NCBI GenBank assembly: GCA_036789645.1
Contig: DAIQLC010000005.1
Span: 38,549-102,548, forward strand
Length of the DNA: 64,000 nt
Reading direction: 5' to 3'
Source of the DNA: Candidatus Hydrogenedentota bacterium
GTDB lineage: Bacteria > Hydrogenedentota > Hydrogenedentia > Hydrogenedentales > SLHB01
The number at the start of each line of letters is the position of its first letter. The first letter of the stretch is position 1. Positions 19,513-28,449 of this stretch are shown here, piece after piece. Position numbers and translations under genes: made by a program. Below the pieces are notes generated by a model, which was given only the letters and a program-made list of their open reading frames with translations, was not told where the DNA came from and did not search any database.

Positions 19513-20099
19513 TACCTTAGATCCTCCGCGCGAACAAACAGGACCCCCTGCTGCCGCATTTCGGCGAGAGCCGCATCCACGGCGCCCCGAGGAATGTCAA
19601 TTCCGCGGCAGGCATCCAGCACAACCACCACCTCAAAACCGTGCCGCACGGCGTCCAGAGCCGTATTCTTGACGCAATAATCGGTGGCCAGACCGCCGAC
19701 AAACACCCGGTCGATGCCGCGCTCCGCCAGGCGTTCCGCCAGGCCGGTGCCTTCAAAACCGCTGTAGGCTTCGGCGTCAGGTTCGATCGCCTTGTCGATG
19801 ACAAGGGCATGAGTGGGAACGTTCAGGTCGTCGTGAAACGCGGCGCCGGGCGTATCCGCCACGCAATGGGCAGGCCAGCTCCTGTCTTCAAACCGGGGCG
19901 CCTCTGCAAAGCTGCAATGATCCGCAGGATGCCAGTCCCGGGTGAATACCACACACCCGAATTTCGGCATCAGCGCATTCAGGACCGGCACCACGGCGTT
20001 ACCGTTCTCCACCGCGAGCGCGCCGCGCGGGCAGAAGTCCTTCTGGACATCCACCACAATCAGGGCGTCCGCGGGTTGCACTTTGATCACGTCTTCCAT
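19512..20099 (-). CDS. pncA: Nicotinamidase/pyrazinamidase
   Basis: Likely start MEDVIK (ATG 20099). ALIVVDVQKDF, TRDWHP, WPAHCV, GLATDYCV. Stop overlaps the pncB start. Confidence 0.94.
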   Translation of the reverse strand: MEDVIKVQPADALIVVDVQKDFCPRGALAVENGNAVVPVLNALMPKFGCVVFTRDWHPADHCSFAEAPRFEDRSWPAHCVADTPGAAFHDDLNVPTHALVIDKAIEPDAEAYSGFEGTGLAERLAERGIDRVFVGGLATDYCVKNTALDAVRHGFEVVVVLDACRGIDIPRGAVDAALAEMRQQGVLFVRAEDLR

Positions 20100-20484
20100 A
20101 AAACGGCCCTCGTCCTTGTCGATTGCGCCAGGTTTCCGTTGCCTATGATTTAACCACACCTGGACCGCACAAAGAAAGCGCGCCGTTTCATGGGCCTTGC
20201 AGAACGCGCTCAGAGCATCTGGCCGGTAGATCACGACGACCTGACCACGTGTCGCCGTTCGATGCCGATGGGACTCCGGGGATCCCGGAACGGGGTCTAA
20301 TTTGACCCGCGGCTACGCGCATTCGACACCTGCGGTGTTGGCAGGGAAATCCATGGCGCGTCCACTCTCGGAACTGCGCGCCGCGAATCGATTGATACCT
20401 GCGTGGAGGATCAGTACGGCGGGCTCCTCCGGTGTAGCGCAGGGTCAACAGCGGCCGCTCCGGGCAGTGTGGGACCGGCCCCTG

Positions 20485-20504
20485 CACCGTCCACACCGTC
20501 CACA
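20485..20504. repeat. Short 9-bp tandem repeat (CACCGTCCA x2.2) in the intergenic spacer
   Basis: Exact duplication read directly from the sequence. Confidence 0.6.
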
Positions 20505-20586
20505 TGCGCTTCGGGCGGCCGGCTTTACTTACGGGCATTGCGTGTTCTAGATTACGCGCGTCCACCTGGAATGGAAGGAGACGCTC

Positions 20587-21639
20587 ATGAAGCCCCCGAT
20601 CGGAATCGGCGTGCTGAGTCTTGCCCATGGTCATGTCAGCCTCTACGCGGACGTGATGAAGGACTTCCCCGACGTGCGCCTGCTCGCCGCCTGTGACGAC
20701 AATCCGGAGCGCGCCCGCCCCGTCTGTGAACGCACCGGCATGCGCTACGAGAGCCGCGTTGAGGGCGTGCTGGACGACCCCGCGGTCCAGGCGGTCATGA
20801 TTGGGAGCGAAACCAGCCGCCACGCGGCGTTGTGCATCGCGGCCGCCGAAGCAGGAAAACACATCCTGCTTCAAAAGCCGATGGCGATGACGCTTGAAGA
20901 ATGCGACCGCATGAATGCCTCGGCGGCGGCCCATGGCGTCACGCTGGCCATGGCCTGGCAGATGCGCCACGACCCCGCCAACATCAAAATGCGGGACCTG
21001 GTCCAGTCGGGCGCCCTGGGGACGATCGGCGTGGTGCGCCGCCGCCACTGCATCCCCGTCCTGTTCAATGCCGAGTTCATCAACGGCCCCACCAACTGGC
21101 ATGTCCGCGCGGAAACCAACATCGGCATGTTCGCCGATGACGCCGCCCATCCCATCGACTGGCTGTGCTGGACCTTCGGCAAACCCGTGAGCGTCATGGC
21201 GGAGATCGACAACGTCCTGACCCATGCGGCGCCCGACGACAACGGGATCGCGCTTTTCCGGCTCGCCGGCGGCGCCATGGCAACGGTATTCAACAGTTCG
21301 ACCGTTGATGCGGGCGAATGCACCACGGAAATCTATGGCGACCGGGGCATGCTCATCCAGAACTACGGCGATGGCCCGTCATGCAGCGTACCCGGGTGTC
21401 CGGAAGGGTACGCGCTGAAGCTGTTCCGCTACGATACGCACGCGTGGGAGACGTTCGACATCCCGAAACCCGCAAACCAGGGCGAACGCATCGCCGCCGT
21501 TCCGCGTCCCTGGGTGGATAGTCTGGTGAATAACAGCGTCCCCGCGGCAACAGGCAGGGACGGGCGGCTCGCCCTGGAGGTCGTGCTGGCCGCCTACCAA
21601 TCCGCCAGAGAAGGCCGCCGAATCGTCTTGGCGCGCTAA
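20587..21639 (+). CDS. Gfo/Idh/MocA-family oxidoreductase
   Basis: 350 aa, RBS GGAAGGAG. IGVLSLAHGH, GKHILLQKPMA, DDAAHPIDW. Confidence 0.92.
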   Translation: MKPPIGIGVLSLAHGHVSLYADVMKDFPDVRLLAACDDNPERARPVCERTGMRYESRVEGVLDDPAVQAVMIGSETSRHAALCIAAAEAGKHILLQKPMAMTLEECDRMNASAAAHGVTLAMAWQMRHDPANIKMRDLVQSGALGTIGVVRRRHCIPVLFNAEFINGPTNWHVRAETNIGMFADDAAHPIDWLCWTFGKPVSVMAEIDNVLTHAAPDDNGIALFRLAGGAMATVFNSSTVDAGECTTEIYGDRGMLIQNYGDGPSCSVPGCPEGYALKLFRYDTHAWETFDIPKPANQGERIAAVPRPWVDSLVNNSVPAATGRDGRLALEVVLAAYQSAREGRRIVLAR

Positions 21640-22841
21640 CCCAGCAAGTCGGAGACGCGATCAAACAGGCGCGTGGCCACTTCTTCCTTCGTCAGAAGGT
21701 CGAGTTCTTCCACGGCGCCTTTGGAGTCAATGAAACAAGCGCGCAGTGTCTCGGTGCCGAACCCCGAATCCTCGACACCGACCTGGTTGGCCACGATCAA
21801 ATCCAGCTGCTTCTGCTTGATCTTCGATTTCGCGTTCTTGATGAGGTCGGTCGTCTCGGCCGCAAACCCCACGACCACCTGCCCGTCGCGTCTCAGGGCG
21901 CCGACCTGGCTGATAACGTCGGGATTCTCAATCAGCTTAATCTCCAGACCCTTTTCACTGCGCTTGTGCTTGTCGCCCGAAGGGTTCTGGACCCGGAAAT
22001 CGCCGACCGCCGCCGCGCCCACGAACACGTCGGCGTCCTGCGCCAGGCTCAAGGCCACTTCGGCCATGTCTTGGGCCGTTTCCGCGACAATCACTTCGGC
22101 GCCCTCGGGCGGCGGGACGTCCATATGCCCCGCAATGATGGCCACACGCGCGCCCCGTTTCAGGGCCTCCATGGCCAGGGCCCGGCCCATCTTGCCGGAC
22201 GACCGGTTACCGATAAAGCGCACCGGGTCAACCGGCTCGCGGGTGCCGCCCGCGGTCAGCACGACAAACAGCCCGGCCAGGTCCTTGGTTTCGTGCAGGG
22301 CGATCTCCACCGCTTCGAGAATCCGCGGGACGTAAACCATGCGGCCGATGCCGACCGTGCCGCAGGCCAGCCTGCCCGCGCCCGGACCCACGAACGCGCA
22401 GCCGCGCGATTTCAGGATCGCGATATTCTCCTGCGTCGCCGGATGGTTGTACATGTTGGTGTTCATGGCCGGCGCGAAAAGGATCGGCGCCTGGGTGGCC
22501 AGAAGGGTCGTGCTCAGCCAGTCGTCCGCGATGCCCCGCGCGGCTTTGGCGATGATGTTGGCCGTCGCGGGCGCAATCAGAAACAGGGCGGCACGCTGCG
22601 CCACCGCGATGTGCTCGATCTCCGGGCTCGCGAGGGGATCGAACATGCCGGTGATCACCCGGCGGCCGGTCAGCGCCTCGAACGTGGCCGGCCCCACCAG
22701 TTCCTGCGCGGAAGCCGTCAACGCCGGCGTGACCGCATAGCCGCTCTCGACCAGACGCGACGCAATTTCGCACGCCTTGTAGGCGGCGATCGAACCCGTC
22801 ACGCCCAGGACGATCTCTTTACTCGAAGTAGTCCTCTTCAT
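21636..22841 (-). CDS. coaBC: Bifunctional phosphopantothenoylcysteine decarboxylase/phosphopantothenate--cysteine ligase
   Basis: Start moved to 22841. IVLGVTGSIAAYKA, APATANIIAK, PAMNTNM, LACGTVGIGR, TAGGTREPVDPVRFIGNRSSGKMG. Confidence 0.96.
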   Translation of the reverse strand: MKRTTSSKEIVLGVTGSIAAYKACEIASRLVESGYAVTPALTASAQELVGPATFEALTGRRVITGMFDPLASPEIEHIAVAQRAALFLIAPATANIIAKAARGIADDWLSTTLLATQAPILFAPAMNTNMYNHPATQENIAILKSRGCAFVGPGAGRLACGTVGIGRMVYVPRILEAVEIALHETKDLAGLFVVLTAGGTREPVDPVRFIGNRSSGKMGRALAMEALKRGARVAIIAGHMDVPPPEGAEVIVAETAQDMAEVALSLAQDADVFVGAAAVGDFRVQNPSGDKHKRSEKGLEIKLIENPDVISQVGALRRDGQVVVGFAAETTDLIKNAKSKIKQKQLDLIVANQVGVEDSGFGTETLRACFIDSKGAVEELDLLTKEEVATRLFDRVSDLLG

Positions 22842-23043
22842 CGGTCTTGGCCTCGCCCACCGCGACTTTGCCTTCCAGGATCTCCTCCAGGGCAACAATC
22901 GTGGGCTTCTTCGAGCGCACCGGGACCAGCGGGCGCGACTCCGGTTTCGCCAGTTGAGATGCCCGGCGCGCCGCCGCCAGCACCAGCCGGTACAAGCTGT
23001 CGGCCTTGTCCCGGAAATCCTCGGGGGAGTACATTCTTCCCAT
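22819..23043 (-). CDS. rpoZ: RNA polymerase omega subunit
   Basis: 74 aa. SLYRLVLAAARRASQL and KPTIVALEEILEGK; sits between gmk and coaBC. Confidence 0.92.
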   Translation of the reverse strand: MGRMYSPEDFRDKADSLYRLVLAAARRASQLAKPESRPLVPVRSKKPTIVALEEILEGKVAVGEAKTDEEDYFE

Positions 23044-23132
23044 AATGATCCATCCTCCTCGTCGCCTGCCCCGGGCCGTTCACCGGCGTGGGCAGCCACT
23101 CGTTGCCTGCGGGCCGCGGCAGCTGCGCTGCC

Positions 23133-23732
23133 TTACGGCCTCTTTTCAAAACGCTCCGCGCGGCACCGTTGTGCGCGCACAATCGCCTGAAAATCGGCCA
23201 CGGCCGTATCCAAATCGTCATTGACAATGACGAAATCGTACTCCGCGTAATGCGCCATCTCGCCGCGGGCGTTCGTCACCCGCAACGCGATCACCTCCGG
23301 CGCCTCCGTGCCGCGGGCCAGGAGCCGGCGCTCCAATTCCTCCACGGACGGCGGCATGATGAACACCGACACCATCCGGAAACCCTGAGCCCGCAGGCTG
23401 GCCGCGCCCTGTACATCAATCTCCACCACGGCATCCTGCCCGGACGCCGCCAGCCGCTCCATTTCCGACCGCAGCGTGCCGTAGAGGTTCCCGTGGACCT
23501 CGGCCCACTCCAGAAACTCCCCCGCGTCCACGCGCCGCCGGAATTCTTCCGCCGACACAAAATAGTATTCGCGGCCGTCGCGTTCGCCCGCGCGGGGCCG
23601 CCGCGTCGTCGCGGACACCGAAAACAGGAGCGCTGGATCGGCGGCCCGGACACGGCTCAGGATCACACTCTTGCCCGCGCCCGAGGGCGAAGAAACCACG
23701 AACACCTCGCCTGTTTTCGCCGCGCACATCAT
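23133..23732 (-). CDS. gmk: Guanylate kinase
   Basis: SSPSGAGKS, SATTRRPRAGERDGREYYF, FLEWAEVHGNLYGT, EIDVQGA. Confidence 0.97.
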   Translation of the reverse strand: MMCAAKTGEVFVVSSPSGAGKSVILSRVRAADPALLFSVSATTRRPRAGERDGREYYFVSAEEFRRRVDAGEFLEWAEVHGNLYGTLRSEMERLAASGQDAVVEIDVQGAASLRAQGFRMVSVFIMPPSVEELERRLLARGTEAPEVIALRVTNARGEMAHYAEYDFVIVNDDLDTAVADFQAIVRAQRCRAERFEKRP

Positions 23733-24611
23733 CTATTCGATGTTTTGAACCTGTTCACGGATCTTTTCCAGCTCACCCTTCATATCCAGAACGTATTTCG
23801 CCACCTCGCAGTCCCGGGTCTTCACCCCCAGGGTGTTCACTTCGCGCTGGATCTCCTGCGAGAGAAAATCCAGCCGCCGGCCCACCGCATCGTCCGAATC
23901 CAACAACTCTTCCATGTGCGCGAGATGCGTCTTCAGCCGCACAGCTTCCTCCGTCACATCGCCCTTGTCGGCCAGAAGCGCCACCTCAATCGCAATGCGC
24001 TCTTCCGTGAGCGACATGTCCGACGCGAGTTCCAGGATCCGTGCGCGAAGCCGTTCCTCATGCTTCGCATTCAGCTCGGGCAGCCGCGCCTCGATTTCGG
24101 CCAGACTGTCCCGCATAAGCCGAATCCGAGCCCGGATATCCGCAGCCAGCGCCGCGCCTTCCTGGGCACGCATGGCGTTCAGGTGCCGCAGGGCTTCCTC
24201 GATCGCCCCGGTCAACACCCGCTCGATTTCCGCGAGGTCCTCGTCCAGCTCCTCCTGATAAATCACGCCGTCCATCCGCGCCAGCGTATCCAGCCCGATG
24301 GCCTGGTCCGCTCCCATCATCGCCGCCAACTCGCGCGAAGCCTCGAGATATTGCTGCGCAAGCCCGGCATCGAGATGTATCGTCTGTGCGGACGTCTTCA
24401 CCTTTCGGCGGTTTACGGTCAGTTGGACTTTGCCGCGCGATATCTGGTTGCGCACCACGCCCTTGAACAGGGGTTCAAGCGCCGCCCAGGAATTGCCCAA
24501 CCGGAACGAGCAATCCAGATACCGGTGGTTTACACTGCTCAATTCCAGCGAGATTTCCTGATCCTGGTAAGTGCATGAAGCCTTGCCAAAACCAGTCATG
24601 CTGCGTATCAT
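23733..24611 (-). CDS. yicC: YicC/YloC-family endoribonuclease
   Basis: Start moved to MIRSMTGFG. SVNHRYLD, DVTEEAVRL, GRRLDFLSQEIQREVNT, EKIREQVQNIE. Confidence 0.95.
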   Translation of the reverse strand: MIRSMTGFGKASCTYQDQEISLELSSVNHRYLDCSFRLGNSWAALEPLFKGVVRNQISRGKVQLTVNRRKVKTSAQTIHLDAGLAQQYLEASRELAAMMGADQAIGLDTLARMDGVIYQEELDEDLAEIERVLTGAIEEALRHLNAMRAQEGAALAADIRARIRLMRDSLAEIEARLPELNAKHEERLRARILELASDMSLTEERIAIEVALLADKGDVTEEAVRLKTHLAHMEELLDSDDAVGRRLDFLSQEIQREVNTLGVKTRDCEVAKYVLDMKGELEKIREQVQNIE

Positions 24612-24664
24612 CTGCGCTCCCTTATGAAAAAGATGTGTTAAGAACTGCCGGGCAGAATCACCTA

Positions 24665-24693
24665 AGTATACCAATTTCAAGCACGTATGGCAA
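24665..24693 (-). promoter_or_regulatory. Sigma70-type promoter of yicC-gmk-rpoZ-coaBC
   Basis: Minus strand: TTGCCA, 17 bp, TATACT with extended -10 TG. Confidence 0.7.
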
Positions 24694-24722
24694 GTCTCGC
24701 GCACCGTCTCGCGCACCGTCTC
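24694..24722. repeat. 12-bp tandem repeat GTCTCGCGCACC x2.4 directly upstream of the yicC -35 box
   Basis: Exact duplication read directly from the sequence. Confidence 0.7.
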
Positions 24723-24843
24723 CCAGCCCGGATGATTCCCGCGCCCAAAGGCAGGTACGGTGCTGCAGCAGGGTGTTTTATGGATTTCACGGCCGGTAAC
24801 ACGGCCCGGCCGCCTCAACCGCCCCGCCAGCGAGGCGAAAACG

Positions 24844-24879
24844 CCGCGGCACCCGCCGCTTCCCGGGTGCTTCCCGCGG
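24844..24879 (-). terminator. GC-rich hairpin after the ceramidase-like gene (possible terminator)
   Basis: GCACCCG/CGGGTGC stem extended by CCGCG/CGCGG. No clear U-tract. Confidence 0.35.
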
Positions 24880-24880
24880 A

Positions 24881-26284
24881 TTACGGCTTTTTCTTGATCT
24901 GGTGAATGGCGCCGAGGGCGTCGTCGGGATCATTGCTCTCCCAGGTGCGTGTCTGGGGAAGCCGGGCGAGCTCGGCGCGTGCCGCGCGGCACAGGTCCGC
25001 GACGACACGCTCGCCGGTTTTCTGTATGCGGCGGCCGGTGTCCTCGACAAGATAACTGCTCGGGGCGGTGCGGATCTCGTAGCCGCCGCCGGCGAACGCC
25101 TCTTCCGTGCAGATGTAGCCGAAGTAGCCGTTGGCCAGTTCGACGCAGCAGGTGTGGGGGAATTCCGAGGTTTTGCGGACGTTCATGGCGTATTCCTGGA
25201 AATACTCGCCGGGCACGCCCCAGAAACACGCATCGGCGATGCGCACCCCGAGGATTTCGAGCCGTTCGCGGGGGCGTGCCTTGCGCATCTTCTCGACGCG
25301 CAGAAGGCAATACGCGTAGATGGTTTCAATGTCACCGGGATCCAGCACGTGCGTGCGGAGCCGTTCACGGGCGGCCTTGGCCTGTTGCGGTGTGCTGGTG
25401 CGAATGGACGCCCACAGGCTCCGGGCGGCCGCATCCACCGTGGCCTGCGTGAAATAGTCCATCTTCGCGAGCGCCTGGAGGGCCGCCGCACCGACGGCGC
25501 GTCCCGTGCGTTTGCACCAGTACTCGCCGAATTCGCCGGGGCGCGGGCTCTGGTTATCTACCTGGGTGACATCGCCGCATGCGCCGTTCAGGTACACCAC
25601 ACCGAAGTCCTCGCCGTAGACCGCGCGCAGGGTGTCGACGATGTACCTGGGATAGTCGGCCGAGTACAGGAGGCCGTTCATATGCGTGGCGTGGCACGCA
25701 AAATGGACGATGGCCCCGATAGGTTCCGTCCCATCGGCAGCGCGAAACGCCACCACGGTGACGGTCGGGTCGGCGGGCCCGGCGGGAATCTCGATATCGG
25801 GATTCATTTTGCCGGGATGGGTGATTTGCGAGCCGTCTTTCATGATGAACCGGCGGTTGAAGGCCACCTGTTCGGCCAGGCACGCGCCCGTTCCAGCCAG
25901 CACCGGTTGCCGCACGCGGTGCGCCTCGGCAATCGCGTGGGCCGCCTGGTCGGCGATGAACTCCTGGTATTCGGCGTCCGCCTCGGAAATAAACGAGCCA
26001 AAGACCGGCCCGCCCGAATGGGTATGGGTGGCCGAAAGAAAACAGTGTTTGCCGGGGATGCCGCAAAGGGCCTCGGCCGTCTTCCGGGCGCGGGCGGTCA
26101 TCTCGGCCGAGATTTTGATGGCGTCGCACTGCACCATGGCGATGCACTTTTTGCCGTCGTCAACCACGGCGGCACGCACGAACAGATCGTCGTGAACCCC
26201 CAGCGCGAACCGCCTCTCAAAGAGGCCGGGGATTTCCTTTCCCAACAAGGGCGTGATGCACCGCGAGGCAAATCCGGCTTTCAT
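24881..26284 (-). CDS. Neutral/alkaline ceramidase-family (N-terminal domain) hydrolase
   Basis: Start moved to MKAGF (RBS GGAAGGA). HDDLFVRA, SATHTHSGG, FNRRF, HFACHAT, SADYP, NGACGDV, PGEYF, ELANGYFGYI. Confidence 0.85.
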   Translation of the reverse strand: MKAGFASRCITPLLGKEIPGLFERRFALGVHDDLFVRAAVVDDGKKCIAMVQCDAIKISAEMTARARKTAEALCGIPGKHCFLSATHTHSGGPVFGSFISEADAEYQEFIADQAAHAIAEAHRVRQPVLAGTGACLAEQVAFNRRFIMKDGSQITHPGKMNPDIEIPAGPADPTVTVVAFRAADGTEPIGAIVHFACHATHMNGLLYSADYPRYIVDTLRAVYGEDFGVVYLNGACGDVTQVDNQSPRPGEFGEYWCKRTGRAVGAAALQALAKMDYFTQATVDAAARSLWASIRTSTPQQAKAARERLRTHVLDPGDIETIYAYCLLRVEKMRKARPRERLEILGVRIADACFWGVPGEYFQEYAMNVRKTSEFPHTCCVELANGYFGYICTEEAFAGGGYEIRTAPSSYLVEDTGRRIQKTGERVVADLCRAARAELARLPQTRTWESNDPDDALGAIHQIKKKP

Positions 26285-26571
26285 CAAGGTTCCTTCCTTC
26301 TGCGTGTCCGGGGTGGCAGCCAAGGCCAGCAGTAAACCATACGCGCGGGGGGATTACAAACAAGCGCCCCGGTGAAACCACGGATTGGGCGCCGAAGCGC
26401 AGCGCATCCCTCCGTTGACCGGCCGGCCCGGTCCGGCACACCGGACGCGCCTGCTCCTCTACCGGGGTGGAGGGGCTCGGAATCTCCCTTGACTCGGCCC
26501 GCGCGGTGCTATACTGGAACGAGGTTGGGCCTGATCGGGGCGCCGCGCCCCGCCGGTGAAAGGAGTACGCA

Positions 26572-26958
26572 ATGCGATACCCGCTGGCAGTGACCATTAC
26601 CCTGGCCTGGATCCTTTCGGCACTCGTCTTGACGGGATGCCCGCCCGACCCGAAAGCCAACGCCCGCCTCCAGCTCTACAACGATTCCACCGACGACTAC
26701 GTCCGCGGGGTCTACCTCCAACGCTCGGGATACGACGACTGGGGCACAAACCTCATTGTGGGCGAAATCCTGCCGGACGAGTCGAGGTTGATCAGCAACC
26801 TGTATCCCGGCACCTACAGCATCAAGATCACCCTGAGAACGACCGAGGGGTACTATTACGGCATGATTCCCGAGGAGACGTTTGACCTGGCTCCCCGGGC
26901 TACCCGGGAGTTTCGTTTCGCCCGGGGCACCTGGGAGATCGGGCCGCTCACGTATTGA
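26572..26958 (+). CDS. Small lipoprotein of unknown function
   Basis: 128 aa, RBS AAGGAG. Signal II with lipobox LTGC; beta-rich mature part. Confidence 0.75.
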   Translation: MRYPLAVTITLAWILSALVLTGCPPDPKANARLQLYNDSTDDYVRGVYLQRSGYDDWGTNLIVGEILPDESRLISNLYPGTYSIKITLRTTEGYYYGMIPEETFDLAPRATREFRFARGTWEIGPLTY

Positions 26959-27055
26959 CCCGGCAGCTCACCGTCTTCCGGTGCACGGGCTTCGGCGCAT
27001 CCTCCCTGTCCGCCGCGTGGGACCGCATCCAGCCATCGCGTACGCCGCGGCCAGT

Positions 27056-28285
27056 TCACTTTCCCTTTACGGTCTGCGAGAGGATCAGATCTTTGAGGTG
27101 CTGGGCGGGTTCGAAGCCGGGGTTGATGTTGAGCACGTATTCGCAGTCGTGCAGGGCTTTTGAATGATCCTGGAGATCGCAATAGGTCAGCGCGCGGATG
27201 TAATAGGCCTCGGTTTGGATGGCGTTGATGGCGAGCGAGCGGTCCAGGTCGTCGAGCGCATGCTTGTAGGCCTGCCGGATGCGGTACGCCAGGGCGCGGT
27301 TGTTGAGGGCACGGAAGTTGTCGGCATTAAAGTGGATGGCGCAGGTGAAATCTTTCTCCGCCCGCTGGTACTGGGAGAGGGCGAGGTACGCCATGCCGCG
27401 GTGGTTGTAGATGATCGACCGCACCTGCCGGCTGGTCTTCATGCGAAGCGCGCGCGAGTAGAGTTCAACCGCCTTGGGGAACTGGTCGCTGCTGTGGGCG
27501 GCCAGAGCCTCGAAAATGAGCTGTTCGAGTTCGTTGCGGTGTTGAACCAGGCCCATTGCCCGGTCATCCCGTTGCCGGATGAACGTCAGTTCTTCTTCGT
27601 CGAGCGACGGCACCGCCCGGTAAGGCGGCAGGCCCTTCTCGACGCTGGCCTTCCGCCGGTTTTCGCGATGCTGCACCTCGCGCTGGTATTCACGGATCTC
27701 CTGAAAAATGATGTCCGACAGCGTCAGGGTGGCGTTGAGGGACGCCAGTTTGCGCTTCATGGGCTCGTCGAGCAGGGTGTCCTGCGACTTGTACACCAGC
27801 TCGTGTTCCACTTCGGCCCAGGCATCCTGGAGAATGGTCCGCAACTGGATTTCAGCGACGCGGCGCGTCGCGTAGAGCGGCCGGGACTTGATGTCATTGC
27901 CGAGATCGACCATCAGGTGGATCGACGAATAGCCAAATTCGCGGAACGAATGCTCCGCGCCCTTGGTTTCGGCCTCGACCACGCGCAAATGCGCCTCGAT
28001 CAGCCACTGCACCGCGTCAAGGTCGGACAGAAACGGGCAGACGATGCGGAAACCGAGGACATCCGTCACAACCAGGTTCGTTGCGCCGCTTCTGCGCAAG
28101 CGCAGCAGCTTGTCGAAATAGCTGTCGAACGATTTCACCCGGTATTTGATCGAGGCGTTGATGCCCTGCGCCGCAATCAGCCGCTGCAGGCGGCTGAGCA
28201 GGCGCCGCGCCGCCGCATCGAACGTCGCGGCCTGGTTGTGGTATTCGCTTTCGAGTTTCTGCCGCTGTGGAATGCGCATCGGCAT
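27056..28285 (-). CDS. Small alarmone synthetase (RelA/SpoT synthetase domain) fused to C-terminal TPRs
   Basis: 409 aa. RVKSFDSYFDK, DVLGFRIV, FGYSSIH, EIQLRTILQDAWAEVEHELVYK, then about 4 TPRs (e.g. YNHRGMAYLALSQYQRAEKDF). No HD hydrolase, TGS or ACT domain. Confidence 0.9.
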   Translation of the reverse strand: MPMRIPQRQKLESEYHNQAATFDAAARRLLSRLQRLIAAQGINASIKYRVKSFDSYFDKLLRLRRSGATNLVVTDVLGFRIVCPFLSDLDAVQWLIEAHLRVVEAETKGAEHSFREFGYSSIHLMVDLGNDIKSRPLYATRRVAEIQLRTILQDAWAEVEHELVYKSQDTLLDEPMKRKLASLNATLTLSDIIFQEIREYQREVQHRENRRKASVEKGLPPYRAVPSLDEEELTFIRQRDDRAMGLVQHRNELEQLIFEALAAHSSDQFPKAVELYSRALRMKTSRQVRSIIYNHRGMAYLALSQYQRAEKDFTCAIHFNADNFRALNNRALAYRIRQAYKHALDDLDRSLAINAIQTEAYYIRALTYCDLQDHSKALHDCEYVLNINPGFEPAQHLKDLILSQTVKGK

Positions 28286-28449
28286 GCCTCCGCGTCTAGA
28301 TCAGGGGAAAGGGCCCGTAACCCCGGCGCCAGGAACAAGCGGGCACACGCTCCGCCGCTCCGGCACAACAGAGAGAATGTTGTCACGTCTTCCGTCACCC
28401 GCCCCCCGAATCTCACGTCCTGCGCCGGGGACAGGACCCTGCGGTGACC

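Noticed and set aside
20293-20308. NrtR box for the NAD operon
   Set aside because: Spacing is GT-N8-AC and GC-flanked, unlike the AT-rich GT-N7-AC consensus. Kept only as an unassigned dyad.
21636-23099. Long N-terminal extensions in track ORFs (coaBC 487 aa, yicC 361 aa, pncA 240 aa, manC 425 aa, permease 542 aa)
   Set aside because: Upstream in-frame starts run through neighbouring genes or spacers. Downstream starts with an RBS match the family N-termini, so these are not fusions.
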